Shown here one piece after another: positions 51,485-62,422 of a DNA stretch of 64,000 nt. The notes below the pieces were generated by a model. The model had not been told where the DNA came from. It saw nothing but the letters and a program-made list of their open reading frames with translations, and did no database searches. This stretch comes from an uncultured Acidobacteriota bacterium (GTDB lineage Bacteria > Acidobacteriota > Vicinamibacteria > Fen-336), in the NCBI GenBank assembly GCA_963720545.1, contig OY970399.1, positions 1,920,001 through 1,984,000 of the forward strand, written 5' to 3'. A program made the position numbers and the translations under genes. The first letter of the stretch is position 1; every line of letters starts with the position of its first letter.

Positions 51485-52423
51485 ATGGCCAGGCCCAGTT
51501 TGCGTATCGGCGTCCTGCGCGGACGCGAGAACTCGTTCCCCGACGCCTTCATCGCGAAAGTAAACGCCATGGACCGCGGCGTGCACGCGGAGTACATCCA
51601 GCTGGGTGGCACCAAGATGAACGAGCCGGTGCCCTACCGCGTGGTCCTCGACCGCATGAGCCACGAGGTGCCGTACTACTCCGTGTACCTGAAGATGGCG
51701 GCGCTGCAGGGCACCTACGTCATCAACAACACGTTCTGGCGGGTCGCCGACGACAAGTTCTTCGGCTACGCGGCAGCCGAGAAGCTCGGCATGGCGGTTT
51801 CGAAGACCGTGGTGCTGCCCAACCGCGACTACGTCGACGACGTCACCGCGGAGAGCCTGCGCAACCTCTGGCCCACCGACCTCGCCATGTACCTCGAGTA
51901 CGTCGGCATGCCGTGCTACATGAAGCCGGCGTTCGGCGGCGGCTGGAAGGACGTGACGAAGATCGAGTCGGCGCAGCAGGCGGCCGAGGTCTACTACGCG
52001 TCCGGCTCCAAGACCATGATGCTGCAGGAATACATCAAGTGGGACACGTACATTCGCGTGCCTACCATCGGCCGCAAGCACGTGCGCGCCATCCGCTACG
52101 ATCCTGCGCCTTACGGCATGGGCGGCTACAACCAGGACTACAACATCCTGCCGCGCGCGCTGCGCGACCACGCCGAGGAAATCTCTCTCAAGTACAACAT
52201 CGCGCTCGGCTACGACATGAACGCGCTCGAGTGGGCGGTTCGCGACGGCATCTTCTACGGCATCGACCTCACCAACTACACGCCCGACCTCGACGAGCGC
52301 AGCCTCAAGGCGGCGCACTTCCCCTGGGCGGTCGAAAAGATGGCCGAGTTCGCCGTGGAGAAGGCGCTGTCGGGCGAGCCGACGCCGGACCTGCCAGACT
52401 GGAAGGCGCTGCTGACGCGCTGA
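51485..52423 (+). CDS. RimK-like ATP-grasp protein
   Basis: DRMSHEVPYY, VINN...DDKF, YMKPAFGGGWKDV, MLQEYI. Confidence 0.85.
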   Translation: MARPSLRIGVLRGRENSFPDAFIAKVNAMDRGVHAEYIQLGGTKMNEPVPYRVVLDRMSHEVPYYSVYLKMAALQGTYVINNTFWRVADDKFFGYAAAEKLGMAVSKTVVLPNRDYVDDVTAESLRNLWPTDLAMYLEYVGMPCYMKPAFGGGWKDVTKIESAQQAAEVYYASGSKTMMLQEYIKWDTYIRVPTIGRKHVRAIRYDPAPYGMGGYNQDYNILPRALRDHAEEISLKYNIALGYDMNALEWAVRDGIFYGIDLTNYTPDLDERSLKAAHFPWAVEKMAEFAVEKALSGEPTPDLPDWKALLTR

Positions 52424-52454
52424 CAACCGCGCGCCCTGCGCGAGGAGGCGGCCC

Positions 52455-53315
52455 ATGAAGCTCGAGAAGTATCGCGTCAAGCCCGGCGGCTTCAGGCTGC
52501 GCGACCACGACCCCGGCGACACCGGCGGGTTCCATTCGAAGGAAGCCGCGAAAAGGCACGTGCGCGCGTCGGTGAAGACGATGCGCATGCTGCAGGAAAA
52601 GCTCTACGCCGACGACCGCTACGCGCTGCTGCTGATCTTCCAGGCGATGGACGCGGCCGGGAAGGACAGCGCCATCGAGCACGTCATGTCCGGCGTCAAC
52701 CCGCAGGGCTGCCAGGTGTACTCGTTCAAGCAGCCGTCCGCGGAAGATCTCGACCACGACTTCCTGTGGCGCACCAACAAGTGCCTGCCGGAACGCGGGC
52801 GCATCGGCATCTTTAACCGCTCTTATTACGAGGAAGTCCTGGTGGTGCGCGTGCATCCCGAGATCCTCGCGAAGCAGCGGCTGCCGCCGGGCGTCGTCGG
52901 CAAGGACGTCTGGAAGGAGCGCTTTGAAGACATCAGCAGCATGGAGCGCTACCTGACGCGCCAGGGCACGGTGATTCGCAAGTTTTTCCTGCACGTTTCC
53001 CGCAAGCAGCAGCGCCGCCGCTTCCTCGCGCGCCTCGATCGGCCGGAAAAGAACTGGAAGTTCTCTGCCGCCGACCTCAAGGAGCGCGACTTCTGGAAGC
53101 ACTACATGCTGGCGTACGAGAAGATGATCGCAGCCACCAGCAGCAAGCACGCCCCCTGGTACGTGATCCCGGCCGACAACAAGTGGTACACGCGCATGCT
53201 CATCTCGGACATTGTGGTCGATACGCTGAAGGGCATGAAGCTCGGCTTTCCCGAGCTGCCAAAAGCCGACAAGGCGGCGCTCGACGTGGCGCGCAAGGCG
53301 CTCGAATCGGAGTGA
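52455..53315 (+). CDS. ppk2: Polyphosphate kinase 2 (class III-like)
   Basis: FQAMDAAGKD, GVNPQG, FNRSYYEEVL, APWYVIPADNKW. Confidence 0.93.
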   Translation: MKLEKYRVKPGGFRLRDHDPGDTGGFHSKEAAKRHVRASVKTMRMLQEKLYADDRYALLLIFQAMDAAGKDSAIEHVMSGVNPQGCQVYSFKQPSAEDLDHDFLWRTNKCLPERGRIGIFNRSYYEEVLVVRVHPEILAKQRLPPGVVGKDVWKERFEDISSMERYLTRQGTVIRKFFLHVSRKQQRRRFLARLDRPEKNWKFSAADLKERDFWKHYMLAYEKMIAATSSKHAPWYVIPADNKWYTRMLISDIVVDTLKGMKLGFPELPKADKAALDVARKALESE

Positions 53316-53316
53316 G

Positions 53317-53895
53317 CTAGTCGAAGAGCGCTGCCACCGGACAGGCGAAGCCAGGCAGGACCGCGGCGTCGGTGAGTATGTCGCCGCTCCCGAAAAATTG
53401 GGGACCGGCGCCTGGATGATGGATCGTCATGGTGCGGTCGGTGCCGGCGAGCCAGACGCTGCGCACGCCGGCCATGAGGTACTCGGCCGTCTTCGCGGCG
53501 ATCTCGTCTTCGGAATTGGACGGTGACACCACCTCGACGACGAGGTCGGGAATGGTTGCGACCTTGAGCAGGCTGCCGGCTTCGTACTCCGCAGGCTGCT
53601 TGGCGGCGCCGATGAAGCTGAGGTCGGGCGAGCGGCCGTGCAAGGGCCCGCGCAGCATGTAGAGGACGTTCGAACCGTAAATCTCGCCCAGCCGGCGCGG
53701 GTGCACGAAGGCGTGCAGCGCGGCGGCCAGCGCGATCACCAGCCGCTCGTGCGGCAGGCCCGCCGGGCTCAAGGCGCGCAGCTCGCCGCGGACGATCTCG
53801 TACTTGCGGCCGTCCCGCGGCAGGCGCTGCAGTTCGGCGTCGGAAATGGCGGGAACCAGGAACAAGGCGGCCTCGCCCGAAGTGTACCCATTCAC
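53317..53895 (-). CDS. Uma2 (DUF820) PD-(D/E)xK endonuclease-like protein
   Basis: YEIVRG, H, SPDLSF, PDLVVEVVSPS, LPGF; start uncertain. Confidence 0.85.
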   Translation of the reverse strand: MNGYTSGEAALFLVPAISDAELQRLPRDGRKYEIVRGELRALSPAGLPHERLVIALAAALHAFVHPRRLGEIYGSNVLYMLRGPLHGRSPDLSFIGAAKQPAEYEAGSLLKVATIPDLVVEVVSPSNSEDEIAAKTAEYLMAGVRSVWLAGTDRTMTIHHPGAGPQFFGSGDILTDAAVLPGFACPVAALFD

Positions 53896-53900
53896 GGGAG

Positions 53901-54308
53901 CTAGCGCGCCGGGCCGTTGCCCTGGTCCGGCTCCATCGGTGCGCACCTGAAGATCGCCTGGATGAGGCCGTTGTCGACCGCTTCCGGGAGGTGTTTCGGC
54001 TGCACCTTCGCGAGGTCTTCGCAAAGCTGTGCGTCGCAGGCAGCCACCGTCAGCTCCTGCTCCGCGGTCAGCGCCAGCGGACCGGCATCGACGAACCGCG
54101 AAACCGCGCCCACGGCCGACGTGTCGTAGCACGCGTCGTGCGTCTGGCAAGCGGCGTCGGTGGCGTCCATCGGGGCGCCCGAGCCACCCGGGCCGCAATA
54201 GTTGCCGTGTGGGCGGCCAAGCAGCACAATCGCCGCCTTTTCGACCGCTTGTGCGAAGAACGCGCGCCAGCTTGAAACTTGACCCGTATCCGTCGTGGTT
54301 TCACTCAT
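53901..54308 (-). CDS. Small phospholipase A2-like protein
   Basis: HGNYCGPG Ca2+-loop motif, [11 protein letters not shown] (His-Asp), later CDAQLC. Confidence 0.72.
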   Translation of the reverse strand: MSETTTDTGQVSSWRAFFAQAVEKAAIVLLGRPHGNYCGPGGSGAPMDATDAACQTHDACYDTSAVGAVSRFVDAGPLALTAEQELTVAACDAQLCEDLAKVQPKHLPEAVDNGLIQAIFRCAPMEPDQGNGPAR

Positions 54309-54440
54309 GCGGTCCTGATTCGCATGCAGCCCGCCAGGAAGGGCGGCTTGACGACTCAGTGACTTGCGGGGCCAGCTCCCGGCGAGCGGCGCAAGTCTGT
54401 GGCTCTCCGCAAGGCGCGGCGCGTCAGTTCTGTCGGGGCG

Positions 54441-55109
54441 TCAGGAAACCACCTGGCCGTCGGCGAGGCGCACGACTCGCTCGGCCCGGCCCATCACCCT
54501 CGGGTCGTGGGTCGAGAAGATGAAGGTGGTGTTGGCCTTGCGGTTGAGGTCGAGCATCAGCGCGATGATCGCTTCGCCGGTGGCCGAGTCGAGGTTCGCG
54601 GTGGGCTCGTCGGCAAGCACCAGCAGCGGCCGCGTCACGAGCGCGCGAGCGATGGCCACGCGCTGGCGTTCGCCGCCCGACAGCTCGTCGGGACGGTGGC
54701 GGGCCAGGTCGCCGAGCCCGACTTCGGCGAGCGCCTGGCTTGCCCGCGCCCGCGCGTCGCGCGTGGCGCCGCCGAACAGCAGCGGAAACTCGACGTTCTC
54801 GAGCGCCGTGAGCACCGGGATCAGGTTGAAGGTCTGGAAGATGAAGCCGATGCTGCGCGCGCGCAGGTCGGAGAGCGCGTTGTCGTCGAGGCTCGCCACA
54901 TCCTTGTCGGCGACCAGCACGCGGCCGCTGCTTGGGTGGTCGAGGCAGCCGATGAGGTTGAGGAGCGTCGACTTGCCCGAGCCCGACGGACCGGCGATCG
55001 CCATGAACTCGCCCGGCTCCACCGCGAGCGACACGCCGCGCAGCGCCGCGACCGTGGTGCGGCCCAGGTCGTAAGTCTTGGTCACGTCGATGACGCGCAC
55101 CGAGCTCAC
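54441..55109 (-). CDS. ABC ATP-binding protein (LolD/MacB-type)
   Basis: GPSGSGKST, IGFIFQTFNL, LSGGERQRVAIARA, ADEPTANLD. Confidence 0.93.
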   Translation of the reverse strand: MSSVRVIDVTKTYDLGRTTVAALRGVSLAVEPGEFMAIAGPSGSGKSTLLNLIGCLDHPSSGRVLVADKDVASLDDNALSDLRARSIGFIFQTFNLIPVLTALENVEFPLLFGGATRDARARASQALAEVGLGDLARHRPDELSGGERQRVAIARALVTRPLLVLADEPTANLDSATGEAIIALMLDLNRKANTTFIFSTHDPRVMGRAERVVRLADGQVVS

Positions 55110-55113
55110 GTTC

Positions 55114-56331
55114 TCAGAAGCTCCAGGTCAGGCGGCTTTGCAGCGCGCCGCGCACCGGCGCCAGCCGGTATTCGCTGCTTTGCGGGCCGAGGAGCACGAT
55201 GCCATCGACGCCGATTGTGACACTCCCGGAGGGTGCGAACGAAACCCCGGGAGTGAGCGCTAGGCCGCCGTCGTCGATGCCGAGCACGGCGCGCAGGTTC
55301 GCGGTAAAGCGCTCGGCGATGTGCGCGCGCGACCAGCCGGCGTGCAGGTAGTTGCGGCGCAGGCCGAGGCCGCCGGAGTACGGCAGCGACGCGCCGGCAA
55401 GGTAGGCGGCGCGCGCCTGCTCGCGCACCGCCTGCGGCAGGGCCGGGTTCGCGGCGGTCGCGAAGCTGTTCGCAAGTGCCGCGCGATAAGCCGCCGCGGT
55501 GGAGTCGCCGTAGCCCTCGCCGTTGTAGAAGTATTCGAAGGAAAGCGCTGTCTCGCCCGAGGTGCGCAGCGCGCCAGCGGCGATGCGGAAGAAGTGCCGG
55601 TCGTCGCGCCGCGGCAGGAGTTCGGCACCGCGATAGAACGACGCTTCCGCGTGCGCGGCCCACAGCCCGCCGAGGCCGCGGGTCACGTCGAGCCCGGCGA
55701 GCGTGCGCAGGTTGCGGCCGCCGGACAGGATGACGGCGACATCGGTCGCACCAAAGAGGCGGCGCAGCCGCGCGGCGAGCGCGCGACGTTCGATGCGCGG
55801 CGCGTCGAACGGCAGGTCGCCCGGCTCGGTGCGGCCGCGCGACGCCACCAGGATGAGGCCGGTCTTGCTGTTTGGCACCACGTCGGCGCGCACCGCCCAG
55901 GCCCCTTGCTGTTCGAGGCCGGCGTTCAGCGGATTCTTCGGCGGCTCGATGCGGCTCGTCGGGTTCCAGGCAAACCCCGAGCCCCAGGCGATCCGCTGCT
56001 TGCCGACGCGCATGCCGAGCACCGAGCCCCACCAGTTCTGCGCATACGCCTGGCGGATCTTCACTTTGGCGTCGCCGCCGATGCGCTTCTCGACATAACC
56101 GCGGCCGACGAAGCGGGCGCTGCGCCACGACTGGCGCACGCCAGCCGTCAGCCGCAGCAGGTCTTCGGGATCGCGCAGCCCAAGCACGTTGTCGCGATTG
56201 AGCAGCGTTTCGACCGTCGGGTAGAGAAAGTTCTCGAAACCCAGTTCGGCAGCGGGCGCCGCCGCACGAGCGAGGCCGGGGGCGGATACGACCAGCAGCG
56301 CGGCGAGGACAACCGCGGCGTTGCTCCTCAC
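55114..56331 (-). CDS. Probable outer-membrane beta-barrel protein
   Basis: Signal peptide, amphipathic strands, VGKQRIAWG, EYFYNG, C-terminal SRLTWSF (Bam-type signature). Confidence 0.78.
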   Translation of the reverse strand: MRSNAAVVLAALLVVSAPGLARAAAPAAELGFENFLYPTVETLLNRDNVLGLRDPEDLLRLTAGVRQSWRSARFVGRGYVEKRIGGDAKVKIRQAYAQNWWGSVLGMRVGKQRIAWGSGFAWNPTSRIEPPKNPLNAGLEQQGAWAVRADVVPNSKTGLILVASRGRTEPGDLPFDAPRIERRALAARLRRLFGATDVAVILSGGRNLRTLAGLDVTRGLGGLWAAHAEASFYRGAELLPRRDDRHFFRIAAGALRTSGETALSFEYFYNGEGYGDSTAAAYRAALANSFATAANPALPQAVREQARAAYLAGASLPYSGGLGLRRNYLHAGWSRAHIAERFTANLRAVLGIDDGGLALTPGVSFAPSGSVTIGVDGIVLLGPQSSEYRLAPVRGALQSRLTWSF

Positions 56332-57047
56332 TCCCCCCGCTCCAGCGCGCTCGGCGTGAACATACGGTCGTCAAGGCGCGGCGCGTCGTCGATGGTGAGG
56401 AACAGCAAGACGGTGGCAGCGCCGGGCTCGACGGCGTTCTCCATCACCAGGCGCGTCGGCCGCACGCGCGTGCCCAGCCGCTGCGGCTCGGCAAGCGTGA
56501 GCCACTTGAGTTTCTTGCCGGCGATCGTGAAGTACTCGGTGCGCACCGGGAAGAAAGTACCGTCGGTGCGGACCCACAAGACCACGCGGTCGTAGGCGAT
56601 CTTGCGGTCCTTCGCCTTCAGTTCCAGCTTGTAGCACGCGAAGCCGCCCTGCTCTTCCTCGCCGACCAGGGCCGGCACGTAGTCGTTGATGAGCGACAGG
56701 CGGAAGATGTCGGCGTTGCTGAAGTCGCCGCCGCCGAAGTTCTGCCGCGCGCCGACGCGCACCACCTTCTCGCCGGAAGGTATGTAGAGCCAGGTGTTGT
56801 CGGCGTCGCGCAAATAGGCGGTGCCGCGTTCCTTGGGCGGCGCGGTGTAGCGGACCAGGCCCTTGTCGTCGCCCTTCTTCCAGCCGTTCAGCTCGACGAC
56901 GCGCTGCGGCTTCCCGGGCCGCTCGACAGTCATGCGAAAGGTGTAGGCCGCGTTCTCGCCGAGCACCGCGCGGTCGGAGCGGCGCACGATCTCGCTGGCA
57001 GAGGGCGCCGGCACAGCCAGGAACAGCGCGAGCAGCATCTCAAACAT
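56328..57047 (-). CDS. LolA-like outer-membrane lipoprotein-sorting protein
   Basis: [10 protein letters not shown]...WLYIPS...[11 protein letters not shown]...CYKLELKAK...LDDRMFTP. Confidence 0.85.
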   Translation of the reverse strand: MFEMLLALFLAVPAPSASEIVRRSDRAVLGENAAYTFRMTVERPGKPQRVVELNGWKKGDDKGLVRYTAPPKERGTAYLRDADNTWLYIPSGEKVVRVGARQNFGGGDFSNADIFRLSLINDYVPALVGEEEQGGFACYKLELKAKDRKIAYDRVVLWVRTDGTFFPVRTEYFTIAGKKLKWLTLAEPQRLGTRVRPTRLVMENAVEPGAATVLLFLTIDDAPRLDDRMFTPSALERGE

Positions 57048-58305
57048 GGTGCAGCGCCTCGCGCGGTTCGAGCCGGCTCGCGGCATAAGCCGGATAGAGC
57101 GCCGCCAGCGACGACAACACAATGATGATGGCGGCCGCCGCCAGCACGCTGCCGGCTCGCAGCAGCGGATAGAGGCTGTCGCCGCCGGCCATCCAGGCGA
57201 GCGTCATCGTGTTCATGCGAATGCCGGTGGCGCCGTAGTACAGCACGAAGGCGCCGCCGGCCAGCACCCCGAGGACGGCCGCGACGATGCCGAGCGCGGC
57301 GCCCTCGAGGACGAACAGCCGGATGACGGCGCCGCGGCGCATGCCGAGGGCGCGAATGGTGCCGATCTCACGGGTGCGCTCGTGGACGCTCGCCAGCATC
57401 GCGTTCACCACGCCAACCGCCGCCGCCAGGAACAGGAACGTCGAGAGCACGTTGATCGCCGACTGGTTCGCCTCGATGATCGCGAACGAGAACCGGCCCG
57501 CCTGCTCCACGGTCTCGGCACGCAGCGCCTGGCCCGCGAGAGGCGGCGGCGCCGAGGCGACCAGCGATTGCACCAGGCCGCGCACCCGCGCGCGGCTCGC
57601 GCGCGACTGCGAGCGCAGCAGGATCTTGACGTTGGTGGCGGCGCCGGCCTTGTCCACCAGCGACTGGGCCGCGCCGAGCGAAACATACGCGGTGCTGTCG
57701 TACCAGGGCGCGCCCTTGTCGAAGATGCCGCACACCGTGACGTCGAGCGAGTTGACGGCGCCCTGCGCGGTCTGCACCACGAACGAGACGCTGTCGCCCA
57801 CCGACAGGCGCAGCTTGCGCGCCAGCGGCTGCGCGACATAAGCCTGGTCGTCGCCTTTGCCGAGAAAAACGCCGGCCGCGGGCGCCTGTGTACGCCGCAG
57901 TTCGTCTTCGCGCTGCGCGTCGATGCCGACGACCACCACCGGGCTCGAGCGGTTGCCGGAGACCACGGTGCCGCGCACCGCGAGATACGGCGTCGCCTTC
58001 ACGACACCGAGGGACGCGCCCGCGCTTTCGACCCGCGCGGCGAGCGCAGCACCGTCGGCGAACGCGGTTTCGCCGTAGGCGTCGAACGGGCTGTTCTGCG
58101 GCTCGAAATCGAGCGGCCGCGCCACCACCTGGACGTCGCCGGTCTGCACGGCGACGAGGGTTGCGGTCTGCTGCGCCGCAATGCCGTCCGCGAGGCCCTG
58201 CGCGGCGACCAGCGCGGCACAGCCGATGAGCATGGTGGCCGCGGCCAGGGCGCTGCGGCGCCGCGCACGCAGCAGGTTGCGAAAGGCCAGGCGCAGGAGG
58301 GCCAA
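57040..58305 (-). CDS. FtsX/LolE/MacB-type ABC permease
   Basis: [32 protein letters not shown]. Confidence 0.9.
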   Translation of the reverse strand: MALLRLAFRNLLRARRRSALAAATMLIGCAALVAAQGLADGIAAQQTATLVAVQTGDVQVVARPLDFEPQNSPFDAYGETAFADGAALAARVESAGASLGVVKATPYLAVRGTVVSGNRSSPVVVVGIDAQREDELRRTQAPAAGVFLGKGDDQAYVAQPLARKLRLSVGDSVSFVVQTAQGAVNSLDVTVCGIFDKGAPWYDSTAYVSLGAAQSLVDKAGAATNVKILLRSQSRASRARVRGLVQSLVASAPPPLAGQALRAETVEQAGRFSFAIIEANQSAINVLSTFLFLAAAVGVVNAMLASVHERTREIGTIRALGMRRGAVIRLFVLEGAALGIVAAVLGVLAGGAFVLYYGATGIRMNTMTLAWMAGGDSLYPLLRAGSVLAAAAIIIVLSSLAALYPAYAASRLEPREALHHV

Positions 58306-58308
58306 GAG

Positions 58309-59583
58309 CTAGACTGCCCGCAGCGCGTCGGCTGGGCGCAGGCGCGCGGCGATGAGCGCAGGGCCGACGGCAGCGATCACGCACACCACCAGCATCAGCG
58401 ACGGGATGGTCGCAAGTTCGTGCCATGCGATGCGCGGGTACAGGTAGTCGCCTCCGTACGAGTAGCGCTGCGCTTCGCTGAACGCGGGGATGCCGACCTT
58501 GCCAAAGAAGAGGATGGCGCCCGCCCCGAAGGCCGTGCCGAGCACCGCACCGAGCACGCCGAGCACCACCGCCTCGAGGAGGAACAGCAGGCTGACCTGC
58601 GAGCGGCGCGCGCCGGTGGCGCGGATGGTGCCGATCTCCCGGGTGCGCTCGAACACTGCCATCAGCGCGGTGTTGGTGACTCCCGCGGCGACGATCAGCG
58701 CCATCAGCACGTTGGTGATCGAGGCGATGAAACGCGTGAGGGTGACGCCGCCGATGAACGGCCCGCCCATCTCTTCCCACGTGTAGGCGTGCGCATTCGT
58801 GCCCGCCGCATCGAAACGCGTGTTGAGCGAACGGGCAATGGCAGCCGAGTCGCCACCAGGGTCCCTCTGCCGCAGCACCAGCAGGCCGGCCTGGTCGTCG
58901 ACATCAAGGAGGCGCCGCACCGCGTCGATGTCGGCGTAGCAAGCACCCCATTCGTAGGCCTCGAGCCCCTTGACCGTCCAGATGCCGGTGACCACCAGCC
59001 GCACCGCGGTGAGCCGGCCGTCCGCGGCGTTGCCAAGCGCCGTGAGCGTGTCGCCGACACTCGCGCCGAGCTTTTTCGCGACGCCGCGGTTCAGCAACAC
59101 CCCGTAGCGGTTTGCACCGAACTCCCCGGCCGCGAAGAAATTCCCGGAGCGCAGCTCGATCGCAGGATAGACGGCGGCGCGCGCGCGCGGGTCGATGCCG
59201 ATGAGGACGCCGTCCATCGAGCTTTCGCCCTTCGAGAGGAGCGCGCCGATCATGAGGCGCGACAGGCCAGCCGCAAGGCGCGGCTCCGCCGCGACGACCT
59301 GCGCGATCATTGCCTCCGGATGCTGCAGCAGCCGATAGTTGTTCTGCGGCATCAGGAACGAGACCTTGCCGCCCTCGTCGGCGGCCGCGTCCCGGGCGTA
59401 GACCTGCACGTGGCCGAGGGTCGCGTTCTTCGCCGGTTCCACCACGCCGCGCTCCATCGCCGCGGTCCAGGCACGGCCGAGGATCATCAGGCCGATGCCG
59501 AGCGCCAGCGCCGACACCGTGAGCAGTGTGCGCCGCTTGTGGCGGGTGAGGTTGCGGCCGGCAAGGGTGAGGAAGAGGGGCAC
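58309..59583 (-). CDS. FtsX/LolE/MacB-type ABC permease
   Basis: [41 protein letters not shown] start inferred. Confidence 0.9.
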   Translation of the reverse strand: MPLFLTLAGRNLTRHKRRTLLTVSALALGIGLMILGRAWTAAMERGVVEPAKNATLGHVQVYARDAAADEGGKVSFLMPQNNYRLLQHPEAMIAQVVAAEPRLAAGLSRLMIGALLSKGESSMDGVLIGIDPRARAAVYPAIELRSGNFFAAGEFGANRYGVLLNRGVAKKLGASVGDTLTALGNAADGRLTAVRLVVTGIWTVKGLEAYEWGACYADIDAVRRLLDVDDQAGLLVLRQRDPGGDSAAIARSLNTRFDAAGTNAHAYTWEEMGGPFIGGVTLTRFIASITNVLMALIVAAGVTNTALMAVFERTREIGTIRATGARRSQVSLLFLLEAVVLGVLGAVLGTAFGAGAILFFGKVGIPAFSEAQRYSYGGDYLYPRIAWHELATIPSLMLVVCVIAAVGPALIAARLRPADALRAV

Positions 59584-59646
59584 TGCGGACGATGGTATCG
59601 GGAAAGCTGCCGCGGCGCGCATTGTATACTCGCTCTACCGTCGCTG

Positions 59647-60654
59647 ATGACCACCAAAATCCGCGCGCGCATCACCGCTCTGGGCCTGTACGTGCCGCCG
59701 AAGGTGATGTCGAACGACGATCTCGCGAAATTCGTGGACACCAACGACGAGTGGATTCGTACGCGCACCGGCATCGTCACCCGCCACTACGCCGAGCCGG
59801 GCGTGCCCACCAGCGAACTCGCGTACCAGGCCGCGCGCGACGCGCTCGAGCGCCGTGGCATCGCCGCCACCGAGCTCGACCTCATCATCGTGGCGACGGT
59901 GACGCCCGACATGATGTTTCCGGCCACCGCCTGCATCGTGCAGGACCGGCTGGGTGCGACGCGCGCCTGGGCATTCGACATCGAGGCGGCCTGTTCCGGC
60001 TTCACCTACGCGCTCACCATGGGCGCGCAGTTCATCGAGAGCGGCGCGCACCGCAAGGTGCTGGTGATCGGCGCCGACGTGATGACCTCGATCCTCGACT
60101 GGAAAGACCGCGCCACCTGCGTGCTGTTCGGCGACGGCGCCGGCGCCGTGCTGCTGGAGCCGTCCGACGACGAGACCGGCATCCTCGGGTTCCACCACGA
60201 GGTGGACGGCAGCGGCCGCAAGTTCCTCTACATGCTGGGCGGGGGCAGCCTCAACCCGACGACGCCCGAGACCGTGGCCGCCGGCATGCACTACATCCGC
60301 CAGGAAGGCCAGCACGTCTTCAAGTTCGCGGTGCGCAAGATGGCCGAGGCGTCGGTGCACCTCATCGAGAAGTACGGCGTCAAGCCCGAAGAGGTGGACC
60401 TGTTCGTCGCGCACCAGGCAAACGTGCGCATCATCGACGCCGCGCAGCAGCGTCTCGGGCTGCCCGACTCGAAGGTGGTGAAGAACATCGATCGCTACGG
60501 CAACACCACCGCGGCGACCATTCCGCTGGCGCTCGGCACGGCGCTCGACGACGGCCGCCTGAAGCCGGGCAGCCTGGTGGTGATGACATCCGTCGGCGCC
60601 GGCTTCACCGTGGGCAGCGTGCTGGTGCGCTGGGCTTCGGTTCCCTGGAATTGA
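59647..60654 (+). CDS. fabH: Beta-ketoacyl-ACP synthase III
   Basis: [15 protein letters not shown] (Cys), [12 protein letters not shown] (His), YGNT (Asn). Confidence 0.95.
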   Translation: MTTKIRARITALGLYVPPKVMSNDDLAKFVDTNDEWIRTRTGIVTRHYAEPGVPTSELAYQAARDALERRGIAATELDLIIVATVTPDMMFPATACIVQDRLGATRAWAFDIEAACSGFTYALTMGAQFIESGAHRKVLVIGADVMTSILDWKDRATCVLFGDGAGAVLLEPSDDETGILGFHHEVDGSGRKFLYMLGGGSLNPTTPETVAAGMHYIRQEGQHVFKFAVRKMAEASVHLIEKYGVKPEEVDLFVAHQANVRIIDAAQQRLGLPDSKVVKNIDRYGNTTAATIPLALGTALDDGRLKPGSLVVMTSVGAGFTVGSVLVRWASVPWN

Positions 60655-61634
60655 GCAAGGAGCGAAGCTCGGACAAGCAGAAGCGCAAGGGCGTCCGTGC
60701 CGGCCGGCTCTTGTTCCTGCTGGCAGCCTGCGCGTTCGCGGTCTGGGTCACGCGCGGCGAAGCGCCGCCGACGCGCATCGGCGCGTGGCTCGACGCGCAG
60801 CGCCTCACGCCGCGCTATGAAACCGTCGGCGGCCTGAAGATTCGCTACGTGCGCACCGGCCAGGGGCCAACGCTGGTGCTGCTCCACGGGATCGCGTCGT
60901 CGATCTACTCCTGGAAGGAAATCCTGCCGCTCCTGAGCCGCGGCCACGACGTGATCGCGCTCGACTTCCCCGGCTTCGGCGACTCCGACTTCGAGACGAA
61001 CCCGTCGTGGGAAAGCATGCCGCCGCTCGTGACCGGCCTGATGGATCGCCTCGGTGTGGCCAGGGCAACGCTCGTTGGCAGCAGCATGGGCGGCGCCGTC
61101 GCGGTGCTGGCCGCGGCGGCGACACCGCAGCGGCTCGACAAGCTGGTGCTGATCGACTCGGCCGGCTTCAACCTCTCGCCCGCAGACCGGCCAGCAGTGC
61201 TGCGCCTGGTGAACACCGGGCTTGCTCCTCTCCTCGAGCGGCTGCCGCTGCGGCGGCCGCTCACCCGCCTCGCGCTGCTGCAGATCTTCCACGACGACTC
61301 GCTCGTAACCGCCGAGCGCCTCGACGAATACGTCGCGCCGATGATGCGCCCGGGCGCAGTCGAAAACCTGCAGGCGCTGCTCGCTTCGGCCAACCCCGAC
61401 CTGGCGCAGCGTTTCGAAAATGCCGCCCGAAGCGTGAACGTTCCTGCACTCGTCCTCTGGGGTGATGACGACAAGTGGGTCTCACCGCGCGACGCCGACC
61501 TCTTCACCGCCGCCATCCCCGACTCGCGCAAGCAGGTGATTCCCGCCTGCGGCCACCTCCCGGCCGAAGAAAAGCCCGCCGCAACCGCGGCCGCCATCGA
61601 GACGTTCATGTCGGAAGGAGCAGCGCACCAGTAA
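60651..61634 (+). CDS. Membrane-anchored alpha/beta hydrolase
   Basis: N-terminal TM, LLHG, DFPGFG, GSSMGG, WGDDD, GH; TTG overlaps the fabH stop. Confidence 0.88.
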   Translation: MSKERSSDKQKRKGVRAGRLLFLLAACAFAVWVTRGEAPPTRIGAWLDAQRLTPRYETVGGLKIRYVRTGQGPTLVLLHGIASSIYSWKEILPLLSRGHDVIALDFPGFGDSDFETNPSWESMPPLVTGLMDRLGVARATLVGSSMGGAVAVLAAAATPQRLDKLVLIDSAGFNLSPADRPAVLRLVNTGLAPLLERLPLRRPLTRLALLQIFHDDSLVTAERLDEYVAPMMRPGAVENLQALLASANPDLAQRFENAARSVNVPALVLWGDDDKWVSPRDADLFTAAIPDSRKQVIPACGHLPAEEKPAATAAAIETFMSEGAAHQ

Positions 61635-61677
61635 TCGTCGGCTCTCCACGTCCGGAGACCGCCGATAGCAAAGAAGG

Positions 61678-62422
61678 TTGCCGGGTTTGTCCGTCCATGA
61701 GTGGATGGGCCCACGCAAGCTACTGTTGGCCGCAAGCGCTTCCACGGCATTCACGGTGGCGGGCGCCGCCCGGCTTGCGGTCCCGCAAAGCGAGCACGCA
61801 GTTCGCCCGGGACTGGAAGCTTCGTTCGCGACCTTCAGGGGATGCTCGGCCACTCTCGTGGGACCGCGCGCGCTGTTGACGGCGGCTCACTGCGTTCAAG
61901 TGGGCTACCGGACCACGGTCCAGATGGGGTGCAAACAGTACTCAGGAGAGTGCAAAACGCCGCAGTCCTATCCGGGATCGGGTGCTGCTCACGACATTGC
62001 GCTTTGCAACATTGGCGAGAACCCCTGGCCGTACCTCGACACGATTTCCGTAACGGACCCGGTTCGGGAACACGACCGCGTGCTCCTGACGGGGTATGGA
62101 GGCCGGGCTGGTGTGGCCCTCGTCGCCGAAGTCACCACTGAGCTCAGCATCGACCGCCGGCGGTGCGTGGCTCGAACCTGGCGACAGCGGCGGCGCTGCC
62201 TACGTTCGCGGAGCGGACGGGTGGAGCGCAGTGGTCGCGGTCAACTCACATGTCGCCGGCCAACGATCGTACCTTGCAAATCTGGCGGCCGACCGCGAGT
62301 TCATCGAAGGATGGGCGGCCGACAATGGCGGAGTTTGCGGCGTGTCGAGCCCGGTTCCGGACAAATGCCTCACGGGACGAAGAAACCTGGCTGACGTCAT
62401 TTGCCGAAGGAGTGCCGAATGA
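61678..62422 (+). pseudogene. Trypsin-like (S1) serine protease interrupted by a frameshift near 62150
   Basis: CSATLVG..LTAAHC and DIAL in frame 61678..62394; GDSGG in frame 62096..62422. Could be a sequencing error; start uncertain. Confidence 0.72.

Noticed and set aside
53317..53895. Uma2 gene as a restriction or anti-phage system
   Set aside because: No methylase or other defence genes adjacent; Uma2 paralogues are commonly scattered singletons.
54310..54400. GG-N10-GC sigma-54-like element (minus strand) and GACTTGCG/CGCAAGTC inverted repeat upstream of the PLA2-like gene
   Set aside because: Poor match to consensus, very close to the start codon, and likely by chance at this GC.
57046..60654. 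1202-aa ORF ending in FabH
   Set aside because: The upstream part is the antisense shadow of two ABC permeases; FabH starts at 59647.
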